Positions 49,742-60,941 of a stretch of DNA of 61,334 bases are shown in pieces. The stretch spans positions 1-61,334 of the forward strand of contig CAZDPH010000001.1 in the NCBI GenBank assembly GCA_964507285.1, written 5' to 3'. This DNA comes from an uncultured Staphylococcaceae bacterium (GTDB lineage Bacteria; Bacillota_I; Bacilli_A; RFN20; CAG-826). Under the pieces are notes generated by a model. The model had not been told where the DNA came from. It saw only the letters and a list, made by a program, of their open reading frames with translations, and made no database searches. Both the position numbers and the translations under genes were made by a program. Position 1 is the stretch's first letter, and each line of letters opens with the position of its first letter.

Positions 49742-52396
49742 ATGTCAAAACAATACGTTTACCTTTTTAAAGAAGCTCATGGATTAGGAAAAGAGCTCTT
49801 AGGTGGAAAAGGTGCAGGTCTTGCTGAAATGACTTCAATTGGAGTCCCAATCCCACAAGGATTTACTGTTACAACAGAAGCATGTACTCTTTATTATGAA
49901 AGTGGTAAAAAGATGCCAGAATATCTTATTGCTCAAGTTGATAAAGGTATTCAAGAAGTTGAAAAAGAAACAGGAAAATCTTTTGGTGGTTTAGATTCTT
50001 CAAAAGTACCTTTACTTGTATCAGTTCGTAGTGGTGCTAGAGTATCAATGCCTGGTATGATGGATACTATTTTAAACTTAGGTTTAAACGATCAATCAGT
50101 AGAATTATTAGCTAAAGTTAGTGGCAATGAAAGATTTGCTTACGATTCATATCGTAGATTTATCTTAATGTTTACAAACATTGCTAAAGGTCATCCACGT
50201 ACAGACATGGATAGAATGTTAGATAAAATTAAAGAAGATAATGGTTATAAACTTGATACTGAAGTTACTGCAGAACAATTAAAAGAATTAGTTAAAGCTT
50301 ATAAAGAATATTATAAGAAAACATTTAACGAAGACTTCCCATCAGATCCATATATTCAATTACATGAAGCAGTTGAAGCTGTCTTTAGATCATGGGATAA
50401 CCCAAGAGCTAACGTTTATAGAAAAATGAATGGTATTCCATATGAATGGGGTACAGCAGTTAACGTTCAATCAATGGTATTTGGTAATTTAAATGATAAT
50501 TCCGGTACTGGTGTTGCATTCTCAAGAGATCCATCAACTGGTAAAAAAGAAATTTATGCTGAATATTTACCATGTGCACAAGGTGAAGACGTTGTTGCAG
50601 GTATTAGAACTCCATTACACATTTCTGAATTAAAAAACAGAATGCCAGAAGTTTACGAACAATTTACAAAAACAATCAAAGAAATGGAAAAACATTATAG
50701 AGATATGCAAGATATGGAATATACTGTTGAAAACGGTAAATTATATTTCTTACAAACTCGTAATGGTAAAAGAACAGCTCAAGCTTCATTACAAATTGCA
50801 TTTGATTTATTAGATGAAGGTTTAATTACTGAAGAAGAAGCTGTTTTAAGAGTTGAACCAAAATTATTAGATTCTTTATTACACCCAACATTTGATTCAA
50901 AAGCATTAAAAGAATTAACACCAATTGCAACAGGTAACCCTGCTTCTCCAGGTGCTGGTGTTGGACATATCTCATTTGAAGCAAAAGATGCTCAAACAAG
51001 ACACGCTAATGGAGAAAAAGTTGTTTTAGTTAGAGCTGAAACTTCTCCAGAAGATATTGAAGGTATGGTTGCAGCTGAAGGTATTTTAACTATGAGAGGT
51101 GGTATGACTTCTCACGCTGCAGTTGTTGCTCGTGGTATGGGTAAATGCTGTATTACAGGTTGTAGTGCTGCTATTGTTGATGAAGAAGCAAAAACAGTTA
51201 CAATTAATGGAAAAGTTTATTCTGAAGGAGATACTTTATCATTAAATGGTTCTACTGGTGATGTTTATGAAGGAAGCGTTGCAATGGTAGAAGCAGATAC
51301 TTCAAGTGGTAATTTTGGAAGATTAATGGCTGCTGCAGATAAATATAGAAGATTATCTATAAGAACAAATGCTGATACACCTCGTGATGCAATTCAAGCT
51401 GCTAAATTCGGTGCTGAAGGTATTGGATTATGTAGAACAGAACATATGTTCTTTGATAAAGATAGAATTTTCCATATGAGAAAAATGATTCTTTCTGATA
51501 CTGTTGAAGAAAGAGAAGCAGCATTAGCTGAACTCTTACCATATCAAAGAGATGACTTCTATGGTTTATATTGTGCAATGAAGGATTTAAAAGAAATCAA
51601 CGTTAATGTTCGTTTATTAGATCCACCTCTACATGAATTTTTACCTCAAGAAGAAGATAAGATTAAAGAATTAGCAGATGCATTACATAAATCTGTTCAA
51701 GAAATTAAAGATAGAATTTCATATTTACATGAATTTAACCCAATGATGGGACATAGAGGATGTAGATTAGATGTTTCTTATCCAGAAATTGGAAGAATGC
51801 AAGCAAGAGCTATTATTGAAGCTGCTATTAAAGCTAGTAAAGATTTAAATAGAGAAATTGAACCTGAAATCATGATTCCATTAACATTAGATATTAAAGA
51901 ATTTAAATTTGTCAAAAATATCATTGTTGAAGAAGTAGAAAAAGTATTAAAAGAAAATAATGCTCATTTAAAATATCATGTTGGTACAATGATTGAAATC
52001 CCTCGTGCTGCTTTACTTTCAAGTGAAATTGCAAAAGAAGCTGAATTCTATTCATTTGGTACAAATGACTTAACTCAAATGACATTTGGTTTCTCAAGAG
52101 ATGACGCAAGTAAATTCTTACCAGACTATTACGGAAATAAGATTTTCGAAGAAGATCCATTCCAAACAGTTGATCAAAAAGGTGTTGGTAAATTAATTAA
52201 AATGGCTGTTAAAGATGGAAGAGAAACTCGACCAGAATTATTAGTTGGTGTTTGTGGTGAACATGGCGGAGATCCTAAATCAATTGAATTCTTCAATAGA
52301 GTAGGATTAGATTATGTATCATGTTCTCCATTCAGAGTCCCAATTGCAAGACTTGCAGCAGCTCAAGCTGAAATCTTATTAAAAAGAGAAAAATAA
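49742..52396 (+). CDS. ppdK: Pyruvate, phosphate dikinase
   Basis: 884 aa. GGKGAGLAEM ATP-grasp N-terminus, phosphohistidine motif GGMTSHAAVVARG and PEP-utiliser TIM barrel (GLCRTEHMF, FSFGTNDLTQ). RBS is AGGAGG. Confidence 0.95.
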   Translation: MSKQYVYLFKEAHGLGKELLGGKGAGLAEMTSIGVPIPQGFTVTTEACTLYYESGKKMPEYLIAQVDKGIQEVEKETGKSFGGLDSSKVPLLVSVRSGARVSMPGMMDTILNLGLNDQSVELLAKVSGNERFAYDSYRRFILMFTNIAKGHPRTDMDRMLDKIKEDNGYKLDTEVTAEQLKELVKAYKEYYKKTFNEDFPSDPYIQLHEAVEAVFRSWDNPRANVYRKMNGIPYEWGTAVNVQSMVFGNLNDNSGTGVAFSRDPSTGKKEIYAEYLPCAQGEDVVAGIRTPLHISELKNRMPEVYEQFTKTIKEMEKHYRDMQDMEYTVENGKLYFLQTRNGKRTAQASLQIAFDLLDEGLITEEEAVLRVEPKLLDSLLHPTFDSKALKELTPIATGNPASPGAGVGHISFEAKDAQTRHANGEKVVLVRAETSPEDIEGMVAAEGILTMRGGMTSHAAVVARGMGKCCITGCSAAIVDEEAKTVTINGKVYSEGDTLSLNGSTGDVYEGSVAMVEADTSSGNFGRLMAAADKYRRLSIRTNADTPRDAIQAAKFGAEGIGLCRTEHMFFDKDRIFHMRKMILSDTVEEREAALAELLPYQRDDFYGLYCAMKDLKEINVNVRLLDPPLHEFLPQEEDKIKELADALHKSVQEIKDRISYLHEFNPMMGHRGCRLDVSYPEIGRMQARAIIEAAIKASKDLNREIEPEIMIPLTLDIKEFKFVKNIIVEEVEKVLKENNAHLKYHVGTMIEIPRAALLSSEIAKEAEFYSFGTNDLTQMTFGFSRDDASKFLPDYYGNKIFEEDPFQTVDQKGVGKLIKMAVKDGRETRPELLVGVCGEHGGDPKSIEFFNRVGLDYVSCSPFRVPIARLAAAQAEILLKREK

Positions 52397-52405
52397 ATAT
52401 TTTAA

Positions 52406-52430
52406 AAAGATGTGATTAATTCACATCTTT
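52406..52430 (+). terminator. Terminator after ppdK
   Basis: AAAGATGTGAttaatTCACATCTTTtttatt. Confidence 0.65.
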
Positions 52431-52453
52431 TTTATTACTCTTTTATAAAATAA

Positions 52454-52476
52454 AAATGCCTTATATTAAGGCATTT
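52454..52476 (-). terminator. Terminator after serS
   Basis: Stem aaatgcctta/taaggcattt. On the minus strand it is followed by a T-run. Confidence 0.6.
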
Positions 52477-52490
52477 TTAATAATATCTAA

Positions 52491-53771
52491 TTATTTTTTA
52501 ATAGGTTTTAATACTTCAAGTCCACCCATAAATGGTCTTAAAACTTCAGGAATAGTAACACTTCCATCAGCATTTTGATATTGCTCAATAATTGCAGGGA
52601 ATACTCTACTTGTTGCAAGTCCACTACCATTTAAAGTATGCATATAGTGAATTTTACCTTCACTATCTTTATATCTCATCATACCTCTTCTTGCTTGATA
52701 ACTTCTAGCATTAGAAACAGAAGAAACTTCTTTATAAATATTTAATGAAGGAATATAAACTTCAATATCATAAGTTCTTGCCATTGAATGAGAGCAATCT
52801 CCAGCAGCAAGCTTTGAAACTCTATAATGTAAACCAAGTTTAGTCATTAAAGATTTTGCTTTTTCACATAATTCTTCAAATGCTCTATCACTATCATCTT
52901 CTTTAGTGTATTCAACCATTTCAACCTTATTGAATTGATATCCTCTAATCATACCTCTTTCTTCTGCTCTATTTGTTCCAGCTTCTTTTCTATAGCAAGG
53001 AGTATACGCAAAGAATTTCTTTGGTAATTCATTTTCAGATAAAATTTCATTACGATAATAATTTACTAAAGCGGTTTCTGCAGTAGGTAATAAGAATCTA
53101 AATTGATCTGGAATGTCTAATTTAAATACATCTTCTTCAAATTTTGGGAATTGTCCTGCTGTAAATCCTGATTCATAATTTAATAAATGAGGAGGTAACA
53201 TCATTTGGAAACCATCTTTTAAATGTTCAGAAATAAAGAAGTTTAATAATGCCCATTCAAGTTGTGCACCAAGTCCAGTATAGAACCATGTTCCAGCACC
53301 AGCAACCTTAACTCCTCTTTCATAATCAATTAAACCAAGTGATTCGCAAAGTTCAACGTGTGATTTTACTTCAAAATCAAATTTTGGTTGTTCTTTATTA
53401 TAGAAAATAGGTTTATTATTTTCTTTTTCTCCAGGTAAAAGATCTTTATCTGGTAAATTTGGTAAAGCAATTAAAACAGCGTTAGTTTTTTCATCTAATT
53501 CTTTTAATTTTGCTTCATTTTCAGCATTTTTTGCAGCTAATTCCTTAACTTTAGCAAAAATTTCTTTAACATCTCCACCAGCTTTTTTAACTTCTGGAAC
53601 AGATTTTGATAATTTATTTTGCTCAGCTTTATTTAATTCAGTTTCTCTTTGTAATCTTCTTTTTTCTAAAAGATCATCAACTAAAGTATCAATATCTGCT
53701 TCAAATCCTTTTCTAGAAATTAATTCTTTAACTTCCTCTTTATTATTAATAATGTAATTAATATCTAACAT
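52491..53771 (-). CDS. serS: Serine--tRNA ligase
   Basis: N-terminal coiled-coil arm. Class II motifs are CYRKEAG, FNKVEMV and TLNGSGLATSRV. Confidence 0.95.
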   Translation of the reverse strand: MLDINYIINNKEEVKELISRKGFEADIDTLVDDLLEKRRLQRETELNKAEQNKLSKSVPEVKKAGGDVKEIFAKVKELAAKNAENEAKLKELDEKTNAVLIALPNLPDKDLLPGEKENNKPIFYNKEQPKFDFEVKSHVELCESLGLIDYERGVKVAGAGTWFYTGLGAQLEWALLNFFISEHLKDGFQMMLPPHLLNYESGFTAGQFPKFEEDVFKLDIPDQFRFLLPTAETALVNYYRNEILSENELPKKFFAYTPCYRKEAGTNRAEERGMIRGYQFNKVEMVEYTKEDDSDRAFEELCEKAKSLMTKLGLHYRVSKLAAGDCSHSMARTYDIEVYIPSLNIYKEVSSVSNARSYQARRGMMRYKDSEGKIHYMHTLNGSGLATSRVFPAIIEQYQNADGSVTIPEVLRPFMGGLEVLKPIKK

Positions 53772-53773
53772 AA

Positions 53774-54796
53774 TTAATCCTCCGTTATATTTAAATAATC
53801 ATTTATTAATTCTTTTCCTAATGTTTTAGAATCTCTTTTTGAAATTTCTTCATATGCATTAGCACAAGTAGAATCAATCAAATTATAATAATATTGATCT
53901 ATTCCAATGCGTAATGAATCTATATTATTATATAAATAGCAATTCTTTTTATCAATTAAGATATCTTTAAAAATTGAAGATTCTAATGCAAAAATTTGTG
54001 TTTTTGATGCCATTGCTTCATAAATCTCTAAAATATTACCAGGTAATGAATTTAAATTTAAATATATTTTTGCATTATACATTAATGAAAAATATAAATC
54101 ATACGTTAATGGTTTTGTAAAAATTACATTTTTAGGTTTATATTTTAAAAGATTTTTAAATTTTAAAGGTAAAAAACTTTCAGAACTAAATTGAGATATA
54201 ACAATGAATGTAATTTGATCAAATTTATTAGCTAAATAAATTAATTTTTCTAATGCTATATCATCTTTATTTTTAATAGTAGTAACTGTTAAAAATTTAT
54301 CTTCGCTTAATCTTAAATAAGAATAAATTGCTTTTTCTAAAATATTATTTTTTAAATTAAATTTTTTAAAATCAATTGGTAGTTCCATTACTTTTATTTT
54401 AGTTTCAATTCCTAAATTAATTAAAAAATTTTTAGCATCATTTGAAGGAACATATATTAAATCAACTTTATTTAAAATTTTTTTATCAATTAAAGATACC
54501 TCATATTTTAAATTTATTAATTTATTCTCTCCACTTGCTTCTTTTAGAAAATTTCCTTTAAAGTCTTCTTCTGAAAAGAATAAGGAAACAACTTTTTTAA
54601 CTTTTTTAAAATAATTAGAATAAAAAGAAACATCATCTAAATTAAAAAATTGTGCTACATCAAAATCATTTGAAATAGGTGCATTAGAATATATTTGGTT
54701 ATTATCTATAAGTGCATCTTCAATTGTTTTTTTAACTTCAACTAGTTCAAAATCATTATATTTTGAACTAGTTTTTAAATAAATCAATGGTTTCAT
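53774..54796 (-). CDS. Glycosyltransferase (GT4/GT1-fold, tentative)
   Basis: The C-terminal NSLPGNILEIYEAMASKTQIFALES...NCYLY resembles the GT-B E..EAMA motif. The track start at 54820 is a TTG that overlaps gyrA. ATG 54796 lies 1 nt after the gyrA stop. Confidence 0.5.
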   Translation of the reverse strand: MKPLIYLKTSSKYNDFELVEVKKTIEDALIDNNQIYSNAPISNDFDVAQFFNLDDVSFYSNYFKKVKKVVSLFFSEEDFKGNFLKEASGENKLINLKYEVSLIDKKILNKVDLIYVPSNDAKNFLINLGIETKIKVMELPIDFKKFNLKNNILEKAIYSYLRLSEDKFLTVTTIKNKDDIALEKLIYLANKFDQITFIVISQFSSESFLPLKFKNLLKYKPKNVIFTKPLTYDLYFSLMYNAKIYLNLNSLPGNILEIYEAMASKTQIFALESSIFKDILIDKKNCYLYNNIDSLRIGIDQYYYNLIDSTCANAYEEISKRDSKTLGKELINDYLNITED

Positions 54797-54797
54797 T

Positions 54798-57314
54798 TTA
54801 TTCTTTATTTGTATCTTCAATATTTTCTTCTAAATCTTCTGCATGAGGTAAAATTGTAACACTTTGAACAAATTCATCATCAGTTTTAAAAGAAATTAAT
54901 TTAACACCTTGAGAATTTCTTCCACAATCTCTAACTTGAGAAGTAGGACATCTAACAATAATGCCTTTATTTGTTGTAATTAAATAATCTTCATCTCTTT
55001 TAATTACTTTCATTGCAACTAATTCACCTGTTTTAGGAGAAATCTTAATAGTTTTTACACCTTTTGTGCCTCTATTTGTTTCTCTATAATCATCAATTGG
55101 AGAAGATTTACCTAAACCTTTTTCACTTACAACAAATACATTATCACCATCTAATGAAGTTGCAACTGAAATAAGTTCACTTCCATCAAGATTAATGCCT
55201 TTAACACCACTAGCAGTTCTACCCATTGATCTAACTAATGTTTCTTTAAATTTAACAAGTTGACCTTTTTTACTAGCTAGTAAAATAGTAGCATTACCAT
55301 CTGTAACTTTTACATCAAGTAAAGAATCATTTTCTTTAAATGTGATTGCGTATTTACCATTTTGATTAATACGTTTAAATTCTTCTAATGGAGTACGTTT
55401 TGTAATACCTTGTTTTGTTGCAAAGAATAAATATTTATTAGCATATTCATTTTTATCTTCAACTTTTGGAAGAGAGATAATTGAAACAATATTTTCATTA
55501 TCATCTAAAGATAGTAAATTCTTAATATGAATTCCTTTTCCTAATCTTCCAGCTTCTGGAATTTGATGTCCTCTTTTTCTATATACTCTTCCTAGTGAAG
55601 AGAATAATAATACATCAGTATGAGTAGAAGAATATATTATTTTTTCAATTTCATCATCATTATAAGTAGTTAAACCTTTAATTCCTTTTCCACCTCTATT
55701 TTGACTCTTAAATTCATTAATAGGCATTCTTTTAATATATCCTTTACTTGTTAAAGTAAATACTACATCTTCTTCAGGAATTAAATCTTCATCATCAATA
55801 GAAGAAATAGAATTAGAAATTTCACTACGTCTATCATCACCAAACTTAGATGAAATTTCATTTAACTCTTTTTCAATAACTTCTAAAATATGATCTCTAG
55901 ATTCTAAAATATAATTATAATTTTTAATATTTTCTTCTAATTTATTTCTTTCATCGATTAATTTATTTGTTTCAAGCTTTGTTAATCTTCCTAAAGTTAA
56001 AGAAGCAATTGCACGAGCTTGAGCTTCACTAAATAAGAATCTAGATTTCATTAAATTATGAACAAAATCTTCTGGAGATTCACTGTTTTTACTCATTTCA
56101 ACAATTTCATCAATATTATCATGACATAATAAGAAGCCATTTATAATATGAATTCTAGCTTCATCTTTCTTTAATAAACATTTAGTTCTTTTTCTAATGA
56201 TTTCAACTTGATAATCTACATAATTACTAATTAATTCTTTTAAACCTAAAATTTTAGGTACACCATTAACAATTGAAAGATTAATAATTCCATAACTTAC
56301 TTCAAGTTTAGTATTCTTAAATAATTGATTTAAAACAACACTTGCAATAACATCACTTCTTGTTTCAATTTCAATTCTAACATCAATTTTAGAAAAATCT
56401 TTAATAGAAGTGATTCCATCAATTTTTTTATCTCTTACTAATTCACCAATTTTTCTTACTAAATCTGCTTTATTTACTTGATAAGGAATTTCAGTAATTA
56501 TAATTTTACTTTTTCCATTTGGTAATTCTTCAATTTCTGTTTTACTTCTTAATTTAAAACTTCCTCTACCAGTAGTATATGCTTCTTTAATTCCACTTAA
56601 TCCATAAATAATTCCACCTGTAGGAAAATCTGGACCTTTAATATATGTCATTAATTCATCAACAGTAATGTTTGGATTATGAATATAATTAATAATGCCA
56701 TTTATAACTTCTTTTAAATTATGTGGAGGCATCTTTGTAGCCATACCAACAGCAATACCTTCACTTCCATTAACTAAAAGATTAGGGAATCTAGAAGGTA
56801 AAGTACAAGGTTCTTCTAAATTACCATCATAGTTAGGAGTAAAACTTACTGTATCTAAATTAATATCTCTAACTAATTCAAGAGCTAATTTATCTAATCT
56901 AGCTTCAGTATATCTGTAAGCTGCAGGATCATCTCCATCCATTGTACCAAAGTTTCCATGTCCCTCGATTAAAGGATATCTTAAAGAAAAGTTTTGAGCC
57001 ATGTAAACTAAAGCCATATAAATTGATGAGTCACCATGTGGGTGATATTTGCCCATAACATCACCAACGATTTTAGCACACTTAACAAATGGTTTATTTG
57101 GAGTATATCCAGCTTCATTCATTCCATAAATAATTCTTCTTTGAACAGGCTTTAATCCATCTTTGCTTTCAGGTAAAGCACGAGCAACAATAACGCTCAT
57201 TGCGTAATCAATAAAAGAACTTTTAACTAAATCAGAAATTTCAGTATCTGTTAAAGAAGGAACAATGCCACTTTCAATTTCTTCTTGGCTATTTTTAATT
57301 TCATTATCTTTCAT
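54798..57314 (-). CDS. gyrA: DNA gyrase subunit A
   Basis: [33 protein letters not shown] (QRDR), active-site [10 protein letters not shown] and C-terminal beta-pinwheel repeats. Confidence 0.97.
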   Translation of the reverse strand: MKDNEIKNSQEEIESGIVPSLTDTEISDLVKSSFIDYAMSVIVARALPESKDGLKPVQRRIIYGMNEAGYTPNKPFVKCAKIVGDVMGKYHPHGDSSIYMALVYMAQNFSLRYPLIEGHGNFGTMDGDDPAAYRYTEARLDKLALELVRDINLDTVSFTPNYDGNLEEPCTLPSRFPNLLVNGSEGIAVGMATKMPPHNLKEVINGIINYIHNPNITVDELMTYIKGPDFPTGGIIYGLSGIKEAYTTGRGSFKLRSKTEIEELPNGKSKIIITEIPYQVNKADLVRKIGELVRDKKIDGITSIKDFSKIDVRIEIETRSDVIASVVLNQLFKNTKLEVSYGIINLSIVNGVPKILGLKELISNYVDYQVEIIRKRTKCLLKKDEARIHIINGFLLCHDNIDEIVEMSKNSESPEDFVHNLMKSRFLFSEAQARAIASLTLGRLTKLETNKLIDERNKLEENIKNYNYILESRDHILEVIEKELNEISSKFGDDRRSEISNSISSIDDEDLIPEEDVVFTLTSKGYIKRMPINEFKSQNRGGKGIKGLTTYNDDEIEKIIYSSTHTDVLLFSSLGRVYRKRGHQIPEAGRLGKGIHIKNLLSLDDNENIVSIISLPKVEDKNEYANKYLFFATKQGITKRTPLEEFKRINQNGKYAITFKENDSLLDVKVTDGNATILLASKKGQLVKFKETLVRSMGRTASGVKGINLDGSELISVATSLDGDNVFVVSEKGLGKSSPIDDYRETNRGTKGVKTIKISPKTGELVAMKVIKRDEDYLITTNKGIIVRCPTSQVRDCGRNSQGVKLISFKTDDEFVQSVTILPHAEDLEENIEDTNKE

Positions 57315-57333
57315 TTTTAATTCCTCCTTTTAA

Positions 57334-59400
57334 CTAAATATCTAAATTCTTAACAAATTGAGCATTCTTTGTAATGTAATCATAACGAGGCTCAACTTCT
57401 TCACCCATAAGTTCGCTAATTAATTGTTCTGCTAAATTAACATCTTCAATTGTTATTTTTAACATTTTTCTAATTTTTGGATCCATTGTAGTTTCTTCAA
57501 GTTGTTCAGGATCCATTTCACCTAAACCTTTATAACGTTGGAATGGGAATCCATTAGGTAATTTTAATTGTTTTCTAATTGCATCTAATTGATCGTCATT
57601 ATATGCATAATATGCTTTACCTTTATATTCAACTTTATATAAAGGTGGTTGAGCAACATAAATATAACCTCCATCAATTAAAGGTCTCATAAATCTATTA
57701 AAGAATGTTAAAAGTAATAATCTAATATGACTTCCATCAACATCAGCATCAGTCATGATAACAATTTTATGATATCTAATTTTACTTACATCAAAATTAT
57801 CTCCATATCCTCCACCAATAGCTTTAATCATATTTCCAATTTCAGCATTAGCCATAATTTGTTCATCACTAGCTTTTAAAACATTTAAAATTTTACCTCT
57901 TAAAGGTAATATAGCTTGAATTCTAGGATCTCTACCTTGCTTTGCACTACCTCCAGCAGAATTACCCTCAACTATAAATAATTCACATTCTTCTGGATTA
58001 GCACTAGAACAATCTGCTAATTTTCCAGGTAAAGTAGCAATTTCAATACCATTTTTCTTTCTTTCATTAGCTAAAAATAAAGCAGCTTTAATACGAGTTT
58101 GATAAGCTCTAACAACTTTATTCATTATTAATTCAGCTTTGTCTTTATTTTCATTCAAGTATCTTTCTAAAATTGAGCCTACAATATTGTTAGTAATTTG
58201 TTTAACTTCAATATTTCCTAATTTATCTTTAACTTGTCCTTCATATTGAGGAGAACCATGTTTAATTGAAATAACAGCAACAAGTCCACTTCTTACATCT
58301 TCAGCTTTAATTCTTTCGGTATCTTTTTCTTTTAAAAATTTATAGTCACGAGCATATTTATTCATAACTCTTACTAAAGCATTAGAAAAACCTTCTAAAT
58401 GTGTTCCTCCTCCAGGAGTAGAAACGTTGTTACAATATGTATAAATTTGAGAATCGAAGCCTTCGTTATATTGAAGAGCAAATTCTACAACTATATCTTG
58501 AGTTTCTCCATCCATTTTTTGAAATGATTGAGAACCTTCAAAATATAAAATATCTTCAGTTAAAGTTTGCTTTCCTCTATTTAAATAACGAATGTAATCT
58601 TTTAAACCCTCTTTAAAACAAAATGTAGTTTTTAAAGGCTCATTTAATCTATTATCTACTAAATTAATAGTAACGCCTTTAATTAAAAAGGCAGTTTGTC
58701 TTAATCTTGATTCGATTGTATCAAAAGAAAATCCTTTAAATGATTGGAAAATTGTAACATCTGGTTTAAATGTAACTGTTGTGCCTCTTCTTGAACTATC
58801 TCCAACTCTTTTTAAAGATGAAACAATTTCACCTTTTTCACAACGCATTTCAAATTTACCACCATCTCTTTCAACAGTAATATTAGTAAATTCACTTAAA
58901 GCAGTAACTGCTTTAGCACCAACTCCATGAAGACCACCAGATACTTTATAAACGTTTCCTCCACCAAATTTTCCACCAGCATTAACGACTGTAAAAACAG
59001 TTTCAACACCAGTTAAATCACTATCAGGCATTTTAGTAACAGGAACTCCTCTTCCATTATCTTCAACAGTTATTGATTCATCTTTATTGATTGTAACGTT
59101 AATAGTAGTACAAAATCCCGCAATAGCTTCATCAATTGCGTTATCAACAATTTCCCAAACTAAATGATGATACCCTTTAAAAGCAGTATCTCCAATATAC
59201 ATACCTGGTCTAAGACGAATATGTTCTAAGCCTTTCATGACTTTTAAATCATTACTTGTATATTCATTATTTCCTTGTAATTCTTTTAAATCATTAATTT
59301 CTTTAAAAGTTTCACCAATATGAGAATTAACTTCTTCATCAACAATTAATTCATCGCCTTCATTAGTATTAGATGTTTCAACTTTTTCTTTTTCTTCCAT
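57334..59400 (-). CDS. gyrB: DNA gyrase subunit B
   Basis: GHKL ATPase (VDNAIDE, GGLHGVG), Toprim (LFIVEGNSAGGSA, PLRGKILNV) and IMTDADVDGSHI. Confidence 0.97.
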   Translation of the reverse strand: MEEKEKVETSNTNEGDELIVDEEVNSHIGETFKEINDLKELQGNNEYTSNDLKVMKGLEHIRLRPGMYIGDTAFKGYHHLVWEIVDNAIDEAIAGFCTTINVTINKDESITVEDNGRGVPVTKMPDSDLTGVETVFTVVNAGGKFGGGNVYKVSGGLHGVGAKAVTALSEFTNITVERDGGKFEMRCEKGEIVSSLKRVGDSSRRGTTVTFKPDVTIFQSFKGFSFDTIESRLRQTAFLIKGVTINLVDNRLNEPLKTTFCFKEGLKDYIRYLNRGKQTLTEDILYFEGSQSFQKMDGETQDIVVEFALQYNEGFDSQIYTYCNNVSTPGGGTHLEGFSNALVRVMNKYARDYKFLKEKDTERIKAEDVRSGLVAVISIKHGSPQYEGQVKDKLGNIEVKQITNNIVGSILERYLNENKDKAELIMNKVVRAYQTRIKAALFLANERKKNGIEIATLPGKLADCSSANPEECELFIVEGNSAGGSAKQGRDPRIQAILPLRGKILNVLKASDEQIMANAEIGNMIKAIGGGYGDNFDVSKIRYHKIVIMTDADVDGSHIRLLLLTFFNRFMRPLIDGGYIYVAQPPLYKVEYKGKAYYAYNDDQLDAIRKQLKLPNGFPFQRYKGLGEMDPEQLEETTMDPKIRKMLKITIEDVNLAEQLISELMGEEVEPRYDYITKNAQFVKNLDI

Positions 59401-59414
59401 ATTCTCTCCTTAAT

Positions 59415-60470
59415 TTATTTAGATATATCATCAATTGAGAAATTTAAATAATTCTCATTTTCAATTTTATTTGTATTAGTTATAAACACTTGCTCAAATT
59501 CTTCTAATAATTGTAAGAAATTTTTCTTTTTATCGTCATCTAATTCACTTAGTACGTCATCTAAAATTACAATAGGTTTTTCATCACTTTTCATAAAAAA
59601 TGGAGCAAGCTTAATTGATAATACAGCAATTCTATTTTCACCTTGTGATCCATATTTAGAAATATTTTTATTATTCATTAACATAGTAAAATCTTCTAAA
59701 TGAATGCCTTTTGAAGTTGTTTTCTTTTTAATATCTTCTTCTTTAGAATCTTTAAATATTTCTTTAAATTTAAATTCATAATTGTTTAAATCATTAATAA
59801 ATGAATTATATTCTAATTTCAATAAATCATCTCTTAAAGTAATTCTTTTATAGATATAATTAATATATGGATTAATTTCTTCTAAATATTTTTTACGATA
59901 AGAATAAATATATTTAGAAATTTCACACATTTTTTCACTATAAACATCAAGTAAAATATTATCAGGATATTCTTTCTTTAATTCTTTATTACGTTCTTTT
60001 AAATAATAATTATATTTAATTAATAAATCTAAATATTTAGAATCATATTGAGAAATAGATTGATTTAAAAAATCTCTTCTAGTTTTTGGAGATTCTTTAA
60101 ACAAAAGAACATCTTTAGGATAAAAATAAATAATTTTTATTAGTTTAGATAAAGTAGATATTTTATCTATTTTTTTATCATTTAATAAAATTCTTTTATA
60201 ATCATCACTAACTTCAATATCAATTTTTTTAATAGAATTATTAATTAGAAATTTAGAATTAATTACAAACAAATTCGAATTATAATTAATTAAAGTTTTA
60301 TCATCTTTAATCCTAAAACTACGTGCAATACTTGAATAATAAATAGATTCAATTAAATTCGTTTTACCTTTTCCATTATTTCCGTAAATAATATTAATTT
60401 TATTATCAAAATTAATTTTTAAATTAGAAAAGTTTCTAAAATTAGTTAGCTTAATTTCTTTAATTATCAT
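59415..60470 (-). CDS. recF: DNA replication/repair protein RecF
   Basis: LTNFRNF...IIYGNNGKGKTNLIESI (Walker A), SQGE signature region and ILDDVLSELD (Walker B). Confidence 0.9.
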   Translation of the reverse strand: MIIKEIKLTNFRNFSNLKINFDNKINIIYGNNGKGKTNLIESIYYSSIARSFRIKDDKTLINYNSNLFVINSKFLINNSIKKIDIEVSDDYKRILLNDKKIDKISTLSKLIKIIYFYPKDVLLFKESPKTRRDFLNQSISQYDSKYLDLLIKYNYYLKERNKELKKEYPDNILLDVYSEKMCEISKYIYSYRKKYLEEINPYINYIYKRITLRDDLLKLEYNSFINDLNNYEFKFKEIFKDSKEEDIKKKTTSKGIHLEDFTMLMNNKNISKYGSQGENRIAVLSIKLAPFFMKSDEKPIVILDDVLSELDDDKKKNFLQLLEEFEQVFITNTNKIENENYLNFSIDDISK

Positions 60471-60694
60471 TTTGAAATTTCATAAAAAGAAGTTGAATCA
60501 ATAATTACTTTATCTCCATTACGAAGCTTTTTTCCTCTTTGATAAGTAATTTCATCATTAACTTTGCATTCATGAGACATAATAAAATCTTTTGCTAAAT
60601 TACCTTGATCAATAATTCCTTCAAATTTTAAAAATTGTCCTAATGTTATAAATTCTGATGTAATAACAACTTGTTTAAATTTATTTGTAGCCAT
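60467..60694 (-). CDS. yaaA: S4-domain protein YaaA
   Basis: Small S4-like ORF between dnaN and recF. ATG 60694 follows GGAG; the upstream ATG 60706 lies in the RBS. It overlaps the recF start by 4 nt. Confidence 0.75.
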   Translation of the reverse strand: MATNKFKQVVITSEFITLGQFLKFEGIIDQGNLAKDFIMSHECKVNDEITYQRGKKLRNGDKVIIDSTSFYEISK

Positions 60695-60877
60695 AAATAA
60701 CTCCATTAATATTATATATTAATGGGGCTTAAAAATCTATAAAAATAACGCTTTAAAAGGCTTAAATTTTAAAATTTTATTAAGATTGATTATTTATACA
60801 AGAATAATTATTTTTTTAAAATTAAGGCTTTATTTTAATTAATATTTAAATATACATTATTTTATATTGTTAAAAAT

Positions 60878-60922
60878 AAAAAAAGTTGATGATATTTAAA
60901 ATATCTTTTAGATATCATCAAC
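60878..60922 (-). terminator. Rho-independent terminator after dnaN
   Basis: 11-bp stem gttgatgatat/atatcatcaac (60885-60895 and 60912-60922). It is followed by a T-run on the minus strand. Confidence 0.7.
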
Positions 60923-60941
60923 ATTTAATTAATAATTATTT

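Noticed and set aside
60707-60941. The 235-bp dnaN-yaaA intergenic region as a possible oriC or DnaA-box cluster.
   Set aside because: I found no TTATCCACA/TGTGGATAA-like 9-mers by eye. The region contains a strong dnaN terminator and is probably just the yaaA-recF-gyrBA promoter. The origin is more likely beyond the right edge, next to dnaA.
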